NCBI GenBank assembly: GCA_964647545.1
Contig: CAZYHS010000006.1
Location: 4,889-68,888 of the forward strand
Source of the DNA: an uncultured Pseudomonadota bacterium
GTDB lineage: Bacteria; UBA10199; GCA-002796325; 1-14-0-20-49-13
Reading direction: 5' to 3'
DNA length: 64,000 bases
The notes under the pieces were generated by a model. It did not search any database, was not told the DNA's origin, and saw only the letters and a list, made by a program, of their open reading frames with translations. Below are positions 49,324 through 57,841 of this stretch, piece after piece (position 1 is the stretch's first letter; every line of letters begins with the position of its first letter). Made by a program: the position numbers and the translations under genes.

Positions 49324-50781
49324 TTATCTTTCCAGCTTCTCCACCAATTTACGTTTGCTGTCGTAGATCTCGACTTCCAGCGGCATCTCTCCCGGAAGCG
49401 AGTGGGTCGCGCAGCCGTAGCACGGGTCGTACGAACGGAAAGCCATCTCGACCATGTTGAGGAGTCCGTCGTTGACCTTGCCCCCCTTGATGAGTCCCTG
49501 TGCCGCCTTCTTGATCGACATGCAAATTGAGGCGTGGTTGTTGGTCGTGCCGACCACAAGGTTCGCCTTCGTCACGATGCCGTTCTCGTCGGTCCAATAG
49601 TGGTGAGTGAGCGTGCCGCGCGGTGCTTCGACGATGCCGACACCTTCGGTCGGTTTCTTCGTCGGGAGCGTGCGATAGTCGCTTCCCATGATGCCGTCGT
49701 CCTTTACGAGCTCCAACATTCTTTCAGTAGCGTATGTCAGTTCGATCACGCGCGCCCAGTGCATTGCAAGGTTGTGTTTGACAGGCTTGCCTTTGAGTGT
49801 TTTGAACATCTTGTCGTACTCGGCCTGCGCAAGAGGTGTAGCCATGCCATCTGCTGCGTTGAGGCGCGAGAGCGGGGTGGCCTGATAGACGCCCGACTCG
49901 TTGCCAGCTACAAAACCTTTCCAGCCGATCTTTTTCAAGTAGGGGAATTTTAAATAGCTCCATGGCTCGACGTGTTCAGAAACGAACTCGCGATAATCCT
50001 TCGCGTCGTATTTGCAATGTTCTTTTCCTTCGGCCGACACGACACGAACCTTGCCTTCGTAGAAGTTGACTTTGTTCTTTTCGTCAACAAGTCCCATGTA
50101 GTAGGTCGGGAAGGTGAACGGATCGCTCAAAATAAGATCGACGTAAGTTTTGTTCTTCAGGACGATGTCTTCAAAAACTTTCAGAGTGAACTTTGCGAAC
50201 TCGACGCCGTCTGTTGCGATTTGAATAACGCGCGCGCGTTCATCTTTCGACAGTCCTTTGCTCATGCCGCCGGGAATTGCGTTGATCGGTGTGACCGGCC
50301 TGCCTCCCATAATTTGAGCGATTTCGTGGCATTCGCGGCGCGTCTTAATGACCTTGCCGCCTACTTCAACGCCGACTTTGCGAATGACCCCCAAAATGTT
50401 ACGTTCCGACTTTGGAGCGTCGGGGCCGCAGACGAAGTCGGGGCCGCCGAGTGCGTAAAAATGTGTTGTGTGATCGCCGAGGAAGAAGGCCATGTACTGA
50501 AGCTCGCGCAATTTTTTTGCAGTTGGCGTGAGCTCGATGCCGTAAACTGCGTCGCAAGCTTTGGCGCTGGCCATAAGATGCGCTTCGGGGCAGACGCCGC
50601 AGATGCGGGGCGTGATGCGCGGAAGTTCTTCGACAGGGCGGCCTTCGGCAAACTTTTCGAATCCGCGAAGTTCGGGGACCTGAAAATAGGCGTTTTCGAC
50701 GTCGCCTTTATCGTTGAGGAAAATTTCGATCTTTCCGTGGCCTTCAAGTCGTGTGATTGGATCGATTGTTATTCTTTTCAT
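49324..50781 (-). CDS. mvhA: [NiFe]-hydrogenase large subunit (MvhA-like, group 3)
   Basis: N-terminal RxCGxCxxxH (RICGVCPEAH) and C-terminal DPCxxCxxH (DPCYGCATH) nickel-binding motifs. 485 aa. Confidence 0.9.
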   Translation of the reverse strand: MKRITIDPITRLEGHGKIEIFLNDKGDVENAYFQVPELRGFEKFAEGRPVEELPRITPRICGVCPEAHLMASAKACDAVYGIELTPTAKKLRELQYMAFFLGDHTTHFYALGGPDFVCGPDAPKSERNILGVIRKVGVEVGGKVIKTRRECHEIAQIMGGRPVTPINAIPGGMSKGLSKDERARVIQIATDGVEFAKFTLKVFEDIVLKNKTYVDLILSDPFTFPTYYMGLVDEKNKVNFYEGKVRVVSAEGKEHCKYDAKDYREFVSEHVEPWSYLKFPYLKKIGWKGFVAGNESGVYQATPLSRLNAADGMATPLAQAEYDKMFKTLKGKPVKHNLAMHWARVIELTYATERMLELVKDDGIMGSDYRTLPTKKPTEGVGIVEAPRGTLTHHYWTDENGIVTKANLVVGTTNNHASICMSIKKAAQGLIKGGKVNDGLLNMVEMAFRSYDPCYGCATHSLPGEMPLEVEIYDSKRKLVEKLER

Positions 50782-51773
50782 TATTTTGCTCCCTTTAACA
50801 TGCTGTCTGCCATTCCAAAGCGGTAGAACGTGCCGACCGGATCGACAATTCCTTCAACAATTTTGGCTGAACGGGCGGAGTCGCCGCGCGAATCGACCAA
50901 GCTTCCAATTGCCGACGCGATCTTAGCGCCCTGATCAAACACGCCGTCAGCCGGACCGTAGCAGCCGCGGCAGGGCATGTTTGCCTTCAGACACTGGGCT
51001 TCGCAACCGCTGCGGGTTGCGCTCCCCATGCAGACAAAACCTTGCTCAAGCAGACATTGCGGTTTGTTGCCGAGCTCGGCCTTCGGCGTGAGGTCGGGTT
51101 TTTCCATGTGAGGACGTTTGAATTTTTCGATGCGTACGCCTTCGGTCTTCTTTTCGAACGGGCACTCGTCGCAAACCGATTTGTCGCCAGCGCCGATGAT
51201 TGAACCTTTCGGCGGAAGTTTTCCGGCGATGATCGCTTCAAGACACGCCCAGATTTGCTTGGCCACCGGAGGACAGCCGGGGATGAAGTAGTCGACATCG
51301 ACTACGTCCTGCAGACGGTGCACTCTGTTGTAAAGCTCGGGGAGATGCAGCTCGCCCTCGGGCATTTTGAATTTTGTCTGTGGCATGACGCCGTTTGGAT
51401 TGACCGTTGTTTCAGTTGTTTTGTACGACCTCTCAAGAATTTCTTCTTTTGTGTAGAGGTTGGCCAGAGCGGGGATGCCGCCCCAGTTCGAGCAAGCACC
51501 GAAAGCTACGAGCGTCTTTGATTTTTTGCGAAGAAGCTCGGCGATCTCTTTTGCTTCGGAGTTGCGGATGCCGCCGTTGAACATGCAGACGTCGATGTAG
51601 CCGTCGGGATAGTTCTTTACGTCTTCGTATTTGAAGTCGGCAAGGCAGGGGCAGAAGACCAAGTCTGCGACTTCCATGACCTTGAGAATGTTCTCGGCGA
51701 TTTCTAGCGTTGCGATTTCGCAGCCGCCGCACGATGCCGCCCAGTAGATTCCTATTTTTAATTTTTCAGCCAT
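50781..51773 (-). CDS. mvhG: [NiFe]-hydrogenase small subunit (MvhG-like)
   Basis: IYWAASCGGCEIATL proximal-cluster motif and additional C-terminal Cys clusters (CDECPF, CMGSATRSGCEAQC). Confidence 0.85.
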   Translation of the reverse strand: MAEKLKIGIYWAASCGGCEIATLEIAENILKVMEVADLVFCPCLADFKYEDVKNYPDGYIDVCMFNGGIRNSEAKEIAELLRKKSKTLVAFGACSNWGGIPALANLYTKEEILERSYKTTETTVNPNGVMPQTKFKMPEGELHLPELYNRVHRLQDVVDVDYFIPGCPPVAKQIWACLEAIIAGKLPPKGSIIGAGDKSVCDECPFEKKTEGVRIEKFKRPHMEKPDLTPKAELGNKPQCLLEQGFVCMGSATRSGCEAQCLKANMPCRGCYGPADGVFDQGAKIASAIGSLVDSRGDSARSAKIVEGIVDPVGTFYRFGMADSMLKGAK

Positions 51774-51791
51774 AATTTTTTCCTTGAGAGG

Positions 51792-52217
51792 TTAAAAATC
51801 TTTTTTAGCCTGACCGTTCCAGTTAAGCGGGCCGAGTTTTCTGACCTGCTCGGTCATTTCGTTGACAACGTGCATGACGCGATCACCTTCAGCTGCTGAA
51901 ATCCATTCGAGGCGGAAGCGTTCTTTTTCGATGCCGAACTGTTCGAGCATTTTTTCGAAGATCTGCATGCGACCGATGGTTTTGTAATTGCCTTCAATGT
52001 AGTGGCAATCGCCCGGATGGCAACCGGCGATCAAAACTCCGTCGGCCCCTTCGGTAAAACCTTTCAAGATGAACTGCGGATCGACTCTTCCCGAACACAT
52101 CACACGGACAATTCTCATGTTGGGGGCATATTTCATGCGGCTTGTGCCGGCAAGATCAGCGCCGGTGTAGCTGCACCAGTTACAGAAAATGCCCAATATC
52201 CTTGGTTCGAAAGACAT
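51792..52217 (-). CDS. mvhD: hydrogenase iron-sulfur subunit MvhD-like (methyl-viologen-reducing hydrogenase delta family)
   Basis: GIFCNWCSYTGADLAG...VMCSGRVDP...IAGCHPGDCHY matches the MvhD/FlpD family pattern. 141 aa. Confidence 0.85.
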   Translation of the reverse strand: MSFEPRILGIFCNWCSYTGADLAGTSRMKYAPNMRIVRVMCSGRVDPQFILKGFTEGADGVLIAGCHPGDCHYIEGNYKTIGRMQIFEKMLEQFGIEKERFRLEWISAAEGDRVMHVVNEMTEQVRKLGPLNWNGQAKKDF

Positions 52218-52231
52218 ATTTTAATCTCCAT

Positions 52232-52302
52232 GTCATCCCCGCAATCTTTTTAGCGGGGATCTAGTTTGTCATCTGGATTCCCAATTACTACCTCGGGAAT
52301 GA
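52232..52302. repeat. family B hairpin units at the hdrA-mvhD intercistronic junction
   Basis: GTCATCCCCGCAATCTTTTTAGCGGGGATC (52232-52261). GTCATCTGGATTCCCAATTACTACCTCGGGAATGAC (52267-52302). Confidence 0.55.
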
Positions 52303-52306
52303 CTCC

Positions 52307-54298
52307 TTAAATTGAGAGAACTCCTTCAATTTCGTGCATGATCTGTGTGTCTGTGAAGTGTTTAGCCTTTATTGCTCCGCAAGGGCAGGCGGCAACGCAA
52401 GTTCCACATGCTTTGCAAAGCGCGTCGTTGACGCGCGATTTCTTTTTCACTGCGTCGAATTCGACCGCTTTGTAGGGGCACATGTCGTTGCAGATCTTGC
52501 AGCCGGTGCATCGCTCTTCGATTATTTCGGCACCGACACCTTCGATCTGCACTTTGCCTTTGGCGATCGCCGTAAGAACCTGCGCTGCAGCGGCACTTGC
52601 CTGCGCGACCGTGTCGGGAATGTCTTTTGGACCCTGACAGCAGCCGGCTACAAATACGCCGTCGCTAGCAGTTGAAACCGGCGCAAGTTTTGGATGCTTT
52701 TCTGTGAACCAGCCCTCTTTGCCCTGACAGAGTTTGATGAGGTGGGCAATTTCGGGGGCGTCTTCTTTTGCTTCAAGCGCGGTGCAGAGGACGACCATGT
52801 CGACAGGAATTCGGCGTGTTTGTCCGACTAGTGTGTCTTCGCACTGAACAACTAGTTTTCCTTTTTCTTCGGGGAACATTGCGTAGTCGGTGACGCTTGC
52901 CGCTTTGCCGCGAACGAATCGCACGCCTTCTTCAAGGAGGCGGTTGTAAAATTCTTCGTAGCCTTTTCCGAAAGCCCTCATATCGATGTAGAAGTCGTAA
53001 ACTTCGGCGCCGGTCTTTTCTTTGACTAGATGCGCGAACTTGAGCGCGTACATGCAGCAGACGCGGCTGCAATACTCGTGGTGTTCTTTATCACGGCTGC
53101 CGATGCAGTGGATGATGGCGATCGATCTTGGCGCTTCGCCGTTTTCGCAAAGTATCGCGCCGCCGGTTGCACCTGATGCGCAGTTGAGGCGCTCAAATTC
53201 GATCGCTGAAATGACGTTCGGTAGTTTTCCGTAGCCGTATTGGGTCATGACGCTTGGATCGAACGTTTTAAATCCGGTCGCGACTATCACGTTGCCGACT
53301 TCGATGTCGATGACTGTGTCGGTCATGTTGTGATCGATCGCATCTTTTGGACACTGTTTGACGCAGATTTTGCATTTGCCGTTCTTAAAATAGATGCAGC
53401 TATCTTTGTCGATGACTGGAACGTTCGGTACGGCCTGCAGCGTCGGCATGTAGATCGCTTTCGGGGGGCCGAGCGTTATCGAGCTGTGTACGACTTTTTT
53501 GTCGCCTTTCGGTTTTTCAAGACGCCATGCGGGGCATTTTTGCCAGCATTCGCCGCAGCCGTTGCATTTGTTCACGTCGACGTAGCGGGCTTTCATGCGG
53601 ACGGTCGCTTTGAAATTTCCGACGTAGCCGTCGATCTTTTCGACCTGACTGTACGAAAGGAGGGTGATGTTTGGATGCTGTCCGACCGACACCATTTTCG
53701 GCGTCAAAATACACGCGGCGCAATCGAGCGTTGGAAATGTTTTGTCGAACTGTGCCATGTGGCCGCCGATCGAAGGCTCGGCTTCGACGAGATAAACTTT
53801 TCTGCCCGAGTCGGCGATGTCGACAGCAGCTTGAATGCCTGCGATACCGCCACCGATGATGAGCGTCGCCGGATTCATCGGAGCTTCGCGGTCTTGCAGC
53901 GGCTCGTTGTAGTTGGAGCGGTAGATAGCTCCTGTGACAAGGGCTTTTGCTTTTTCGGTTGCGGCGGCTTTGTCTTCGTGGACCCACGAGCAGTGCTCGC
54001 GGATGTTGGCCATCTGGAAAAGATATTTGTTGATGCCGGCTTTTTGGCACGCTTTGCGGAAGGTGTTCTCGTGCATTAGCGGGCTGCATGCGGCGACGAC
54101 TACTCGGTCGAGTTTTTCTTTTTTAATGTCGTCGACGATCAACGCCTGTCCCGGGTCGGAGCACATGAATTTGTACTCTTTTGCAACGACAACGTTCGGC
54201 TGTTTTTTTGCGTGTTCGACAACTTCGGCTACGTTCACTTTGCCGGCGATGTTTGTGCCGCAGTGGCAGACATAAACGCCGATTCTTGGTTGTGTCAT
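52307..54298 (-). CDS. hdrA: heterodisulfide reductase subunit A-like flavoprotein (HdrA)
   Basis: FAD-binding IIGGGIAGIQAAVD. Multiple 4Fe-4S motifs (CNGCGECWQKCP, CTGCKICNDMCP, CKACGTCVAACP). N-terminal Cys cluster. 663 aa. Confidence 0.85.
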   Translation of the reverse strand: MTQPRIGVYVCHCGTNIAGKVNVAEVVEHAKKQPNVVVAKEYKFMCSDPGQALIVDDIKKEKLDRVVVAACSPLMHENTFRKACQKAGINKYLFQMANIREHCSWVHEDKAAATEKAKALVTGAIYRSNYNEPLQDREAPMNPATLIIGGGIAGIQAAVDIADSGRKVYLVEAEPSIGGHMAQFDKTFPTLDCAACILTPKMVSVGQHPNITLLSYSQVEKIDGYVGNFKATVRMKARYVDVNKCNGCGECWQKCPAWRLEKPKGDKKVVHSSITLGPPKAIYMPTLQAVPNVPVIDKDSCIYFKNGKCKICVKQCPKDAIDHNMTDTVIDIEVGNVIVATGFKTFDPSVMTQYGYGKLPNVISAIEFERLNCASGATGGAILCENGEAPRSIAIIHCIGSRDKEHHEYCSRVCCMYALKFAHLVKEKTGAEVYDFYIDMRAFGKGYEEFYNRLLEEGVRFVRGKAASVTDYAMFPEEKGKLVVQCEDTLVGQTRRIPVDMVVLCTALEAKEDAPEIAHLIKLCQGKEGWFTEKHPKLAPVSTASDGVFVAGCCQGPKDIPDTVAQASAAAAQVLTAIAKGKVQIEGVGAEIIEERCTGCKICNDMCPYKAVEFDAVKKKSRVNDALCKACGTCVAACPCGAIKAKHFTDTQIMHEIEGVLSI

Positions 54299-54312
54299 TT
54301 TCTACTCCTTAT

Positions 54313-54384
54313 GTCATTCCCGCGGCTTTAAGCGGGAAGCTCGTTTCTATCAACCGGTTCCCCGATTACTCCCTCGGGGATGAC
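54313..54384. repeat. family B hairpin units at the hdrB-hdrA junction
   Basis: GTCATTCCCGCGGCTTTAAGCGGGAA (54313-54338). CCCCGATTACTCCCTCGGGGATGAC (54360-54384). Confidence 0.55.
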
Positions 54385-54393
54385 AGGCACTAG

Positions 54394-55290
54394 TTATGCA
54401 AACCTCCTCAAAAGTGCGTCGGCGCTTACAACTTCGGTGCCGAACCCGAGCGCCTTGGGCTCCATGCCTAGCGCAAGTCCCATCAGCTGCGTGAAATATA
54501 GAATTGGCAGATTGAGTTTTAAACCGTAAACGCGGTTGATGCGTTTTTGATAAGCGTCTAGATTCATCTGGCAGAGCGGGCAGGGGCAGACAATAACTTC
54601 GGCGCCGTAGTGTGCCGCACAGTCCATGATGTTTTTTGAAAGACGCATGCCGATCTCTTCTTCGGTTCCCATGATCGAGCCGCCGCAGCAGTGTGCCTTC
54701 ATCGGATAGTGCGTCGGTGTGGCACCGAGGGCGGCCATTAATTCTTCAAGGTGCTGCGGATTTTCTGTGTCGTCGAGGCCCGTTTTGGGGCGGACGATCT
54801 GGCAGCCGTAGTAGCAGGCGACTTTGAGATCTTTCAGCGGTTTTTTAACTTTGGCTTTAATTGCGTCGAGGCCTACGTCGCTGACGAAAATGTCGAGCAG
54901 GTGTCTGACTTTGACCGAGCCGTCGTACTGAAGGCCACCCTCAGCGAGGGCTTCGTTGACCTTACGGCTGACGTCTGGAAATTCTTTCATGTACTTGTTG
55001 GTTTTTGTCAGCCCGACAAAACAGCCGCTGCATGGAGCGACGACGTCGCGCCCGCTCTTTGCCGCGATTGCCAAGTTGCGCGCCGAAATTGCAAACGATG
55101 TCATCTCTTTGATCGACATGTAGGCGGTGGCACCGCAGCAATTCCAGTCGTCGAGTTCGTTGAGTTTGACACCCAGCGATTTACAGACTTCTTGTGTCGA
55201 ATGCTCGTAAGCCGGAGCCGACGAGTGAAGCGAACAGCCGGGGTAGTAGGTGTATTCCATTTTTCCTCCATGTGATTCATCTTGCGTCAT
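54394..55290 (-). CDS. hdrB: heterodisulfide reductase subunit B-like (CCG-domain protein)
   Basis: Two CCG domains: YYPGCSL...NCCGATAY and YYGCQ...HCCGGSI. About 298 aa. Confidence 0.85.
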   Translation of the reverse strand: MTQDESHGGKMEYTYYPGCSLHSSAPAYEHSTQEVCKSLGVKLNELDDWNCCGATAYMSIKEMTSFAISARNLAIAAKSGRDVVAPCSGCFVGLTKTNKYMKEFPDVSRKVNEALAEGGLQYDGSVKVRHLLDIFVSDVGLDAIKAKVKKPLKDLKVACYYGCQIVRPKTGLDDTENPQHLEELMAALGATPTHYPMKAHCCGGSIMGTEEEIGMRLSKNIMDCAAHYGAEVIVCPCPLCQMNLDAYQKRINRVYGLKLNLPILYFTQLMGLALGMEPKALGFGTEVVSADALLRRFA

Positions 55291-55358
55291 CCCCGCGGTG
55301 GTCAGCGGGGAACTAGATTGCTACGAACGAGATTCCCGATCACTACCTCGGGAATGAC
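55286..55358. repeat. family B hairpin units at the hdrC-hdrB junction
   Basis: GTCATCCCCGCGGTGGTCAGCGGGGAA (55286-55312). GATTCCCGATCACTACCTCGGGAATGAC (55331-55358). Confidence 0.55.
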
Positions 55359-55362
55359 AGTA

Positions 55363-55944
55363 CTACGGCAGCGTGCTAAGTGATTCGGCTTTTTTTACGA
55401 TCTTTTTGAAGCCTTCCAGATCGCGGATCTTGTGTTGTTTGAGCGGTAGACGTCCTTTGAGAAACAGGCCAAGCCCTAGGAACGTATTTTTCACTGCGCC
55501 AATTGGATTGGCCCAAGCGAAGAAGCGGGCAAGGAGCTCGGCTTCGTTGTTGCGGCCGTATTTATTGACGACCGTCATAAAACATTTGCCGAGTTTGTAT
55601 CCGCGCTTTTGAATGCCGAACTTGTCGCGGGCCGAGAGGCGTTTGTAGGCGTACATGAGGTCGGTGACCTTGATGCCTCGAGGGCAGCGGACGTAGCACG
55701 AATAGCACGATGTGCAGAGCCAGATGTCTGGGCTCGATAAAACCTCGTCACGCATACCGGCGCGGGTCATAGCGATAAGTCTGCGCGGTGAATGTGTCAT
55801 GAGGTGGCTGGTGGGGCAGCTGCCGGAGCAGGTACCGCATTGGATGCAATCTACGATCTGCTCGCCGCCGGGGATAGATTTTATCTCGTCAATAAAGTCG
55901 AGTTTCATCTCTCCTTCGCGACGGATTTCCTGTTTCTCTTTCAT
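55363..55944 (-). CDS. hdrC: heterodisulfide reductase subunit C-like 4Fe-4S dicluster protein
   Basis: CIQCGTCSGSCP and CTSCYSCYVRCPRGI ferredoxin motifs. First gene of the minus-strand hdrCBA-mvhDGA operon. Confidence 0.8.
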   Translation of the reverse strand: MKEKQEIRREGEMKLDFIDEIKSIPGGEQIVDCIQCGTCSGSCPTSHLMTHSPRRLIAMTRAGMRDEVLSSPDIWLCTSCYSCYVRCPRGIKVTDLMYAYKRLSARDKFGIQKRGYKLGKCFMTVVNKYGRNNEAELLARFFAWANPIGAVKNTFLGLGLFLKGRLPLKQHKIRDLEGFKKIVKKAESLSTLP

Positions 55945-56096
55945 GAAGGTGACCCCCTTAAGTGTTGAAGAAACTTAAACTAATTGTGCGGAAGAGTGAG
56001 ACGCACGGATAGCCGAAATAGGGTGAGGCGTCAAATGAAAAAACCGCAATAACTTACTATTTTTCCAAGGTTTTTATCGCGTCCTATAATATATTC

Positions 56097-57041
56097 TTGC
56101 AAAAATCATTAAATAGTATAATAGCGCCCGCCGATATGGAATTTAATAAACTTAGAGAAAACAAATGGTTCGAATTGGGCGCTTATGGGCTTGCCGCCGG
56201 CGCCGGTGCCGGAATTGTTAAGTTCGCTGAAATGGGCATCAGAAGGTCTGTTGTCAATAATCTTGAAAATCAGATGGCGCTTGTCAATTCGGTTTGCGGT
56301 ACAAATCTGCAGAAGGAACAGTTTGGCCGCCTCTATACAAGCGATGCATGGGCTGCTCAAAGCAATCCATGGGTGGCGAGTGATTTTTTTGTGCGTCAAA
56401 CAAGCGATACTTTGATGGCCCTTTTGGGGACAATGGTCGTTCCGATCGCCATCGGGAGATTTGTTGGTTGCGCGCTTGGTGGCAATGAAAACGACAGAAT
56501 GGTCGGGCAGGCGACCGGTTTTGCCTACGCCCTTTTGTCGATAAACAGCCTGTCTAACCGGTTCAAATTATATTCACATCTTTTATCGGCGATGCCGAAA
56601 AACGGTTTTGGGAATTTAAGCCCTGTTTGCAAAGAAGCTAGAAACATCGAGGCGGAAGCCGCCGCTGCAGAGGCCGCAGCTATGCAGATGGCTAGATTTG
56701 CCGTTGAGAAGATTTCGGCGCTGCCGGAATTTTGCATCGAAACAAGTTTAAGCGTTTTTTTAGGTCCGAAGCTTGCGCATGCGTTTGTGTCGGGAACGAT
56801 GCAGCCAAACTTTGCGGCGCGAGAAGTGGCGTCGATAGAATCGATGCAGCACATATTTGATGCTCAGCTTTGCGCGAAGGGAAATTCGTCTGCTTGCGCC
56901 AGAAATTACGCCCCCGGTGGAGCCATGTTTTTCGGTGGTTTCAATGCCGCCGGAGTAGGTGCTATTTCAGGGGCGGGGAGCTTTGTGTTTTCGGGGGGCG
57001 CGCTGTTTGCTCCGCAGCCGGTTCCAATTTTAGCGTACTAG
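56097..57041 (+). CDS. hypothetical protein (314 aa), Ala/Gly-rich
   Basis: TATAAT boxes at 56078 and 56120. The alternative start Met at 56136 (MEFNKLRENKW) cannot be resolved from sequence. No motif recognised. Followed by a strong terminator. Confidence 0.45.
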   Translation: MQKSLNSIIAPADMEFNKLRENKWFELGAYGLAAGAGAGIVKFAEMGIRRSVVNNLENQMALVNSVCGTNLQKEQFGRLYTSDAWAAQSNPWVASDFFVRQTSDTLMALLGTMVVPIAIGRFVGCALGGNENDRMVGQATGFAYALLSINSLSNRFKLYSHLLSAMPKNGFGNLSPVCKEARNIEAEAAAAEAAAMQMARFAVEKISALPEFCIETSLSVFLGPKLAHAFVSGTMQPNFAAREVASIESMQHIFDAQLCAKGNSSACARNYAPGGAMFFGGFNAAGVGAISGAGSFVFSGGALFAPQPVPILAY

Positions 57042-57049
57042 ATTTTAAA

Positions 57050-57090
57050 ATAAAAATCCCGCGTCTCTTACGAGACGCGGGATTTTTTTT
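57050..57090. terminator. bidirectional intrinsic terminator (12-bp stem ATCCCGCGTCTC/GAGACGCGGGAT, TTAC loop, T8)
   Basis: AAAATAAAA ATCCCGCGTCTC TTAC GAGACGCGGGAT TTTTTTTT. Serves the plus-strand hypothetical gene and probably the convergent minus-strand gene ending at 57149. Confidence 0.85.
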
Positions 57091-57098
57091 GAACTCAT

Positions 57099-57142
57099 TT
57101 AAACTAATTAAACCATCTTAAACTACGTTAAACAACTTAAAC
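57099..57142. repeat. array of five TTAAAC words phased at 9-11 bp
   Basis: TTAAAC at 57099, 57108, 57119, 57128 and 57137. The first copy is part of an exact 11-mer TTAAACTAATT that also occurs at 55975-55985 on the other side of the 56097-57041 gene. Confidence 0.6.
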
Positions 57143-57148
57143 TATTTA

Positions 57149-57778
57149 TTATTCAACGTGAGTTACAACAAAGCCCATCAGCTTAGGATCATAGCTTGAG
57201 GTGATGGTGACTTCTTTCTTTTCTTTTCCAAGAACGTTGGCTTTCCAGTTCTCAAAGTGACGAGCCGGCATCTTCACTTCTTTTTTGTCCTTGATGACCG
57301 TGACTGTTCCGCCGTTTTCGTTGGTGTAGCTGTGGAAGACGACCTTTTCTTTTGCGATGTCGCCGTCTTTGAATTTCTTGAGGACCTTGGCATCTTCGGT
57401 CTTGCCGGCTGTTGTCACAACAACTTTTTCTTTGGCCTTTTCTTTCATGTCAGGTGTGTTGAGCTTTTCTTTGGCCTTGATGTTGAGTTCGTCGTTCTTT
57501 TCGGTGACTACGACTTTGGCTTTGCCGCTTTCGTGTGTCGCTGAATCTTTGACCTTTTCCTTGATCGTGGTCTTTGTTTCGTTGGTGTTCTTGTTGACGA
57601 CTGTCTTGACTTCTTCTTTTGCTTTTACTTCAGGTGTCTTTGTTGCTGTCTTCTCTGTCGTTACTATCTTGTTCGCCGTCTCTTTTGTCTTTTCGACCGT
57701 CTTTGTCTCTGCCTTGACTGTGAAGCTTACGCCTGCCACGAAAGCAAGCGCCACTACTGTTGCTAAAACCTTTTTCAT
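57149..57778 (-). CDS. secreted Lys/Thr/Glu-rich low-complexity protein
   Basis: Start ATG 57778 with AAGGAGG SD (the ORF track's 57829 start lacks an SD). Signal peptide MKKVLATVVALAFVAGVSFTVKA. Body is repetitive KEKV/TKT-rich. Confidence 0.6.
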   Translation of the reverse strand: MKKVLATVVALAFVAGVSFTVKAETKTVEKTKETANKIVTTEKTATKTPEVKAKEEVKTVVNKNTNETKTTIKEKVKDSATHESGKAKVVVTEKNDELNIKAKEKLNTPDMKEKAKEKVVVTTAGKTEDAKVLKKFKDGDIAKEKVVFHSYTNENGGTVTVIKDKKEVKMPARHFENWKANVLGKEKKEVTITSSYDPKLMGFVVTHVE

Positions 57779-57841
57779 ATGCCCCTCCTTATAGGGTTTG
57801 TTTGTTTGTCTGTCTAAAGCGTGCGGCAATTTACCACATTT

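Noticed and set aside
49972-50826. 284-aa plus-strand ORF
   Set aside because: It is antisense to the [NiFe]-hydrogenase large subunit gene, whose nickel-binding motifs confirm the minus-strand frame.
53240-54089. 279-aa plus-strand and 190-aa minus-strand ORFs inside hdrA
   Set aside because: They are antisense or out of frame relative to the HdrA frame, which is supported by FAD and 4Fe-4S motifs. They are Arg/Ala-rich low-complexity translations typical of spurious frames.
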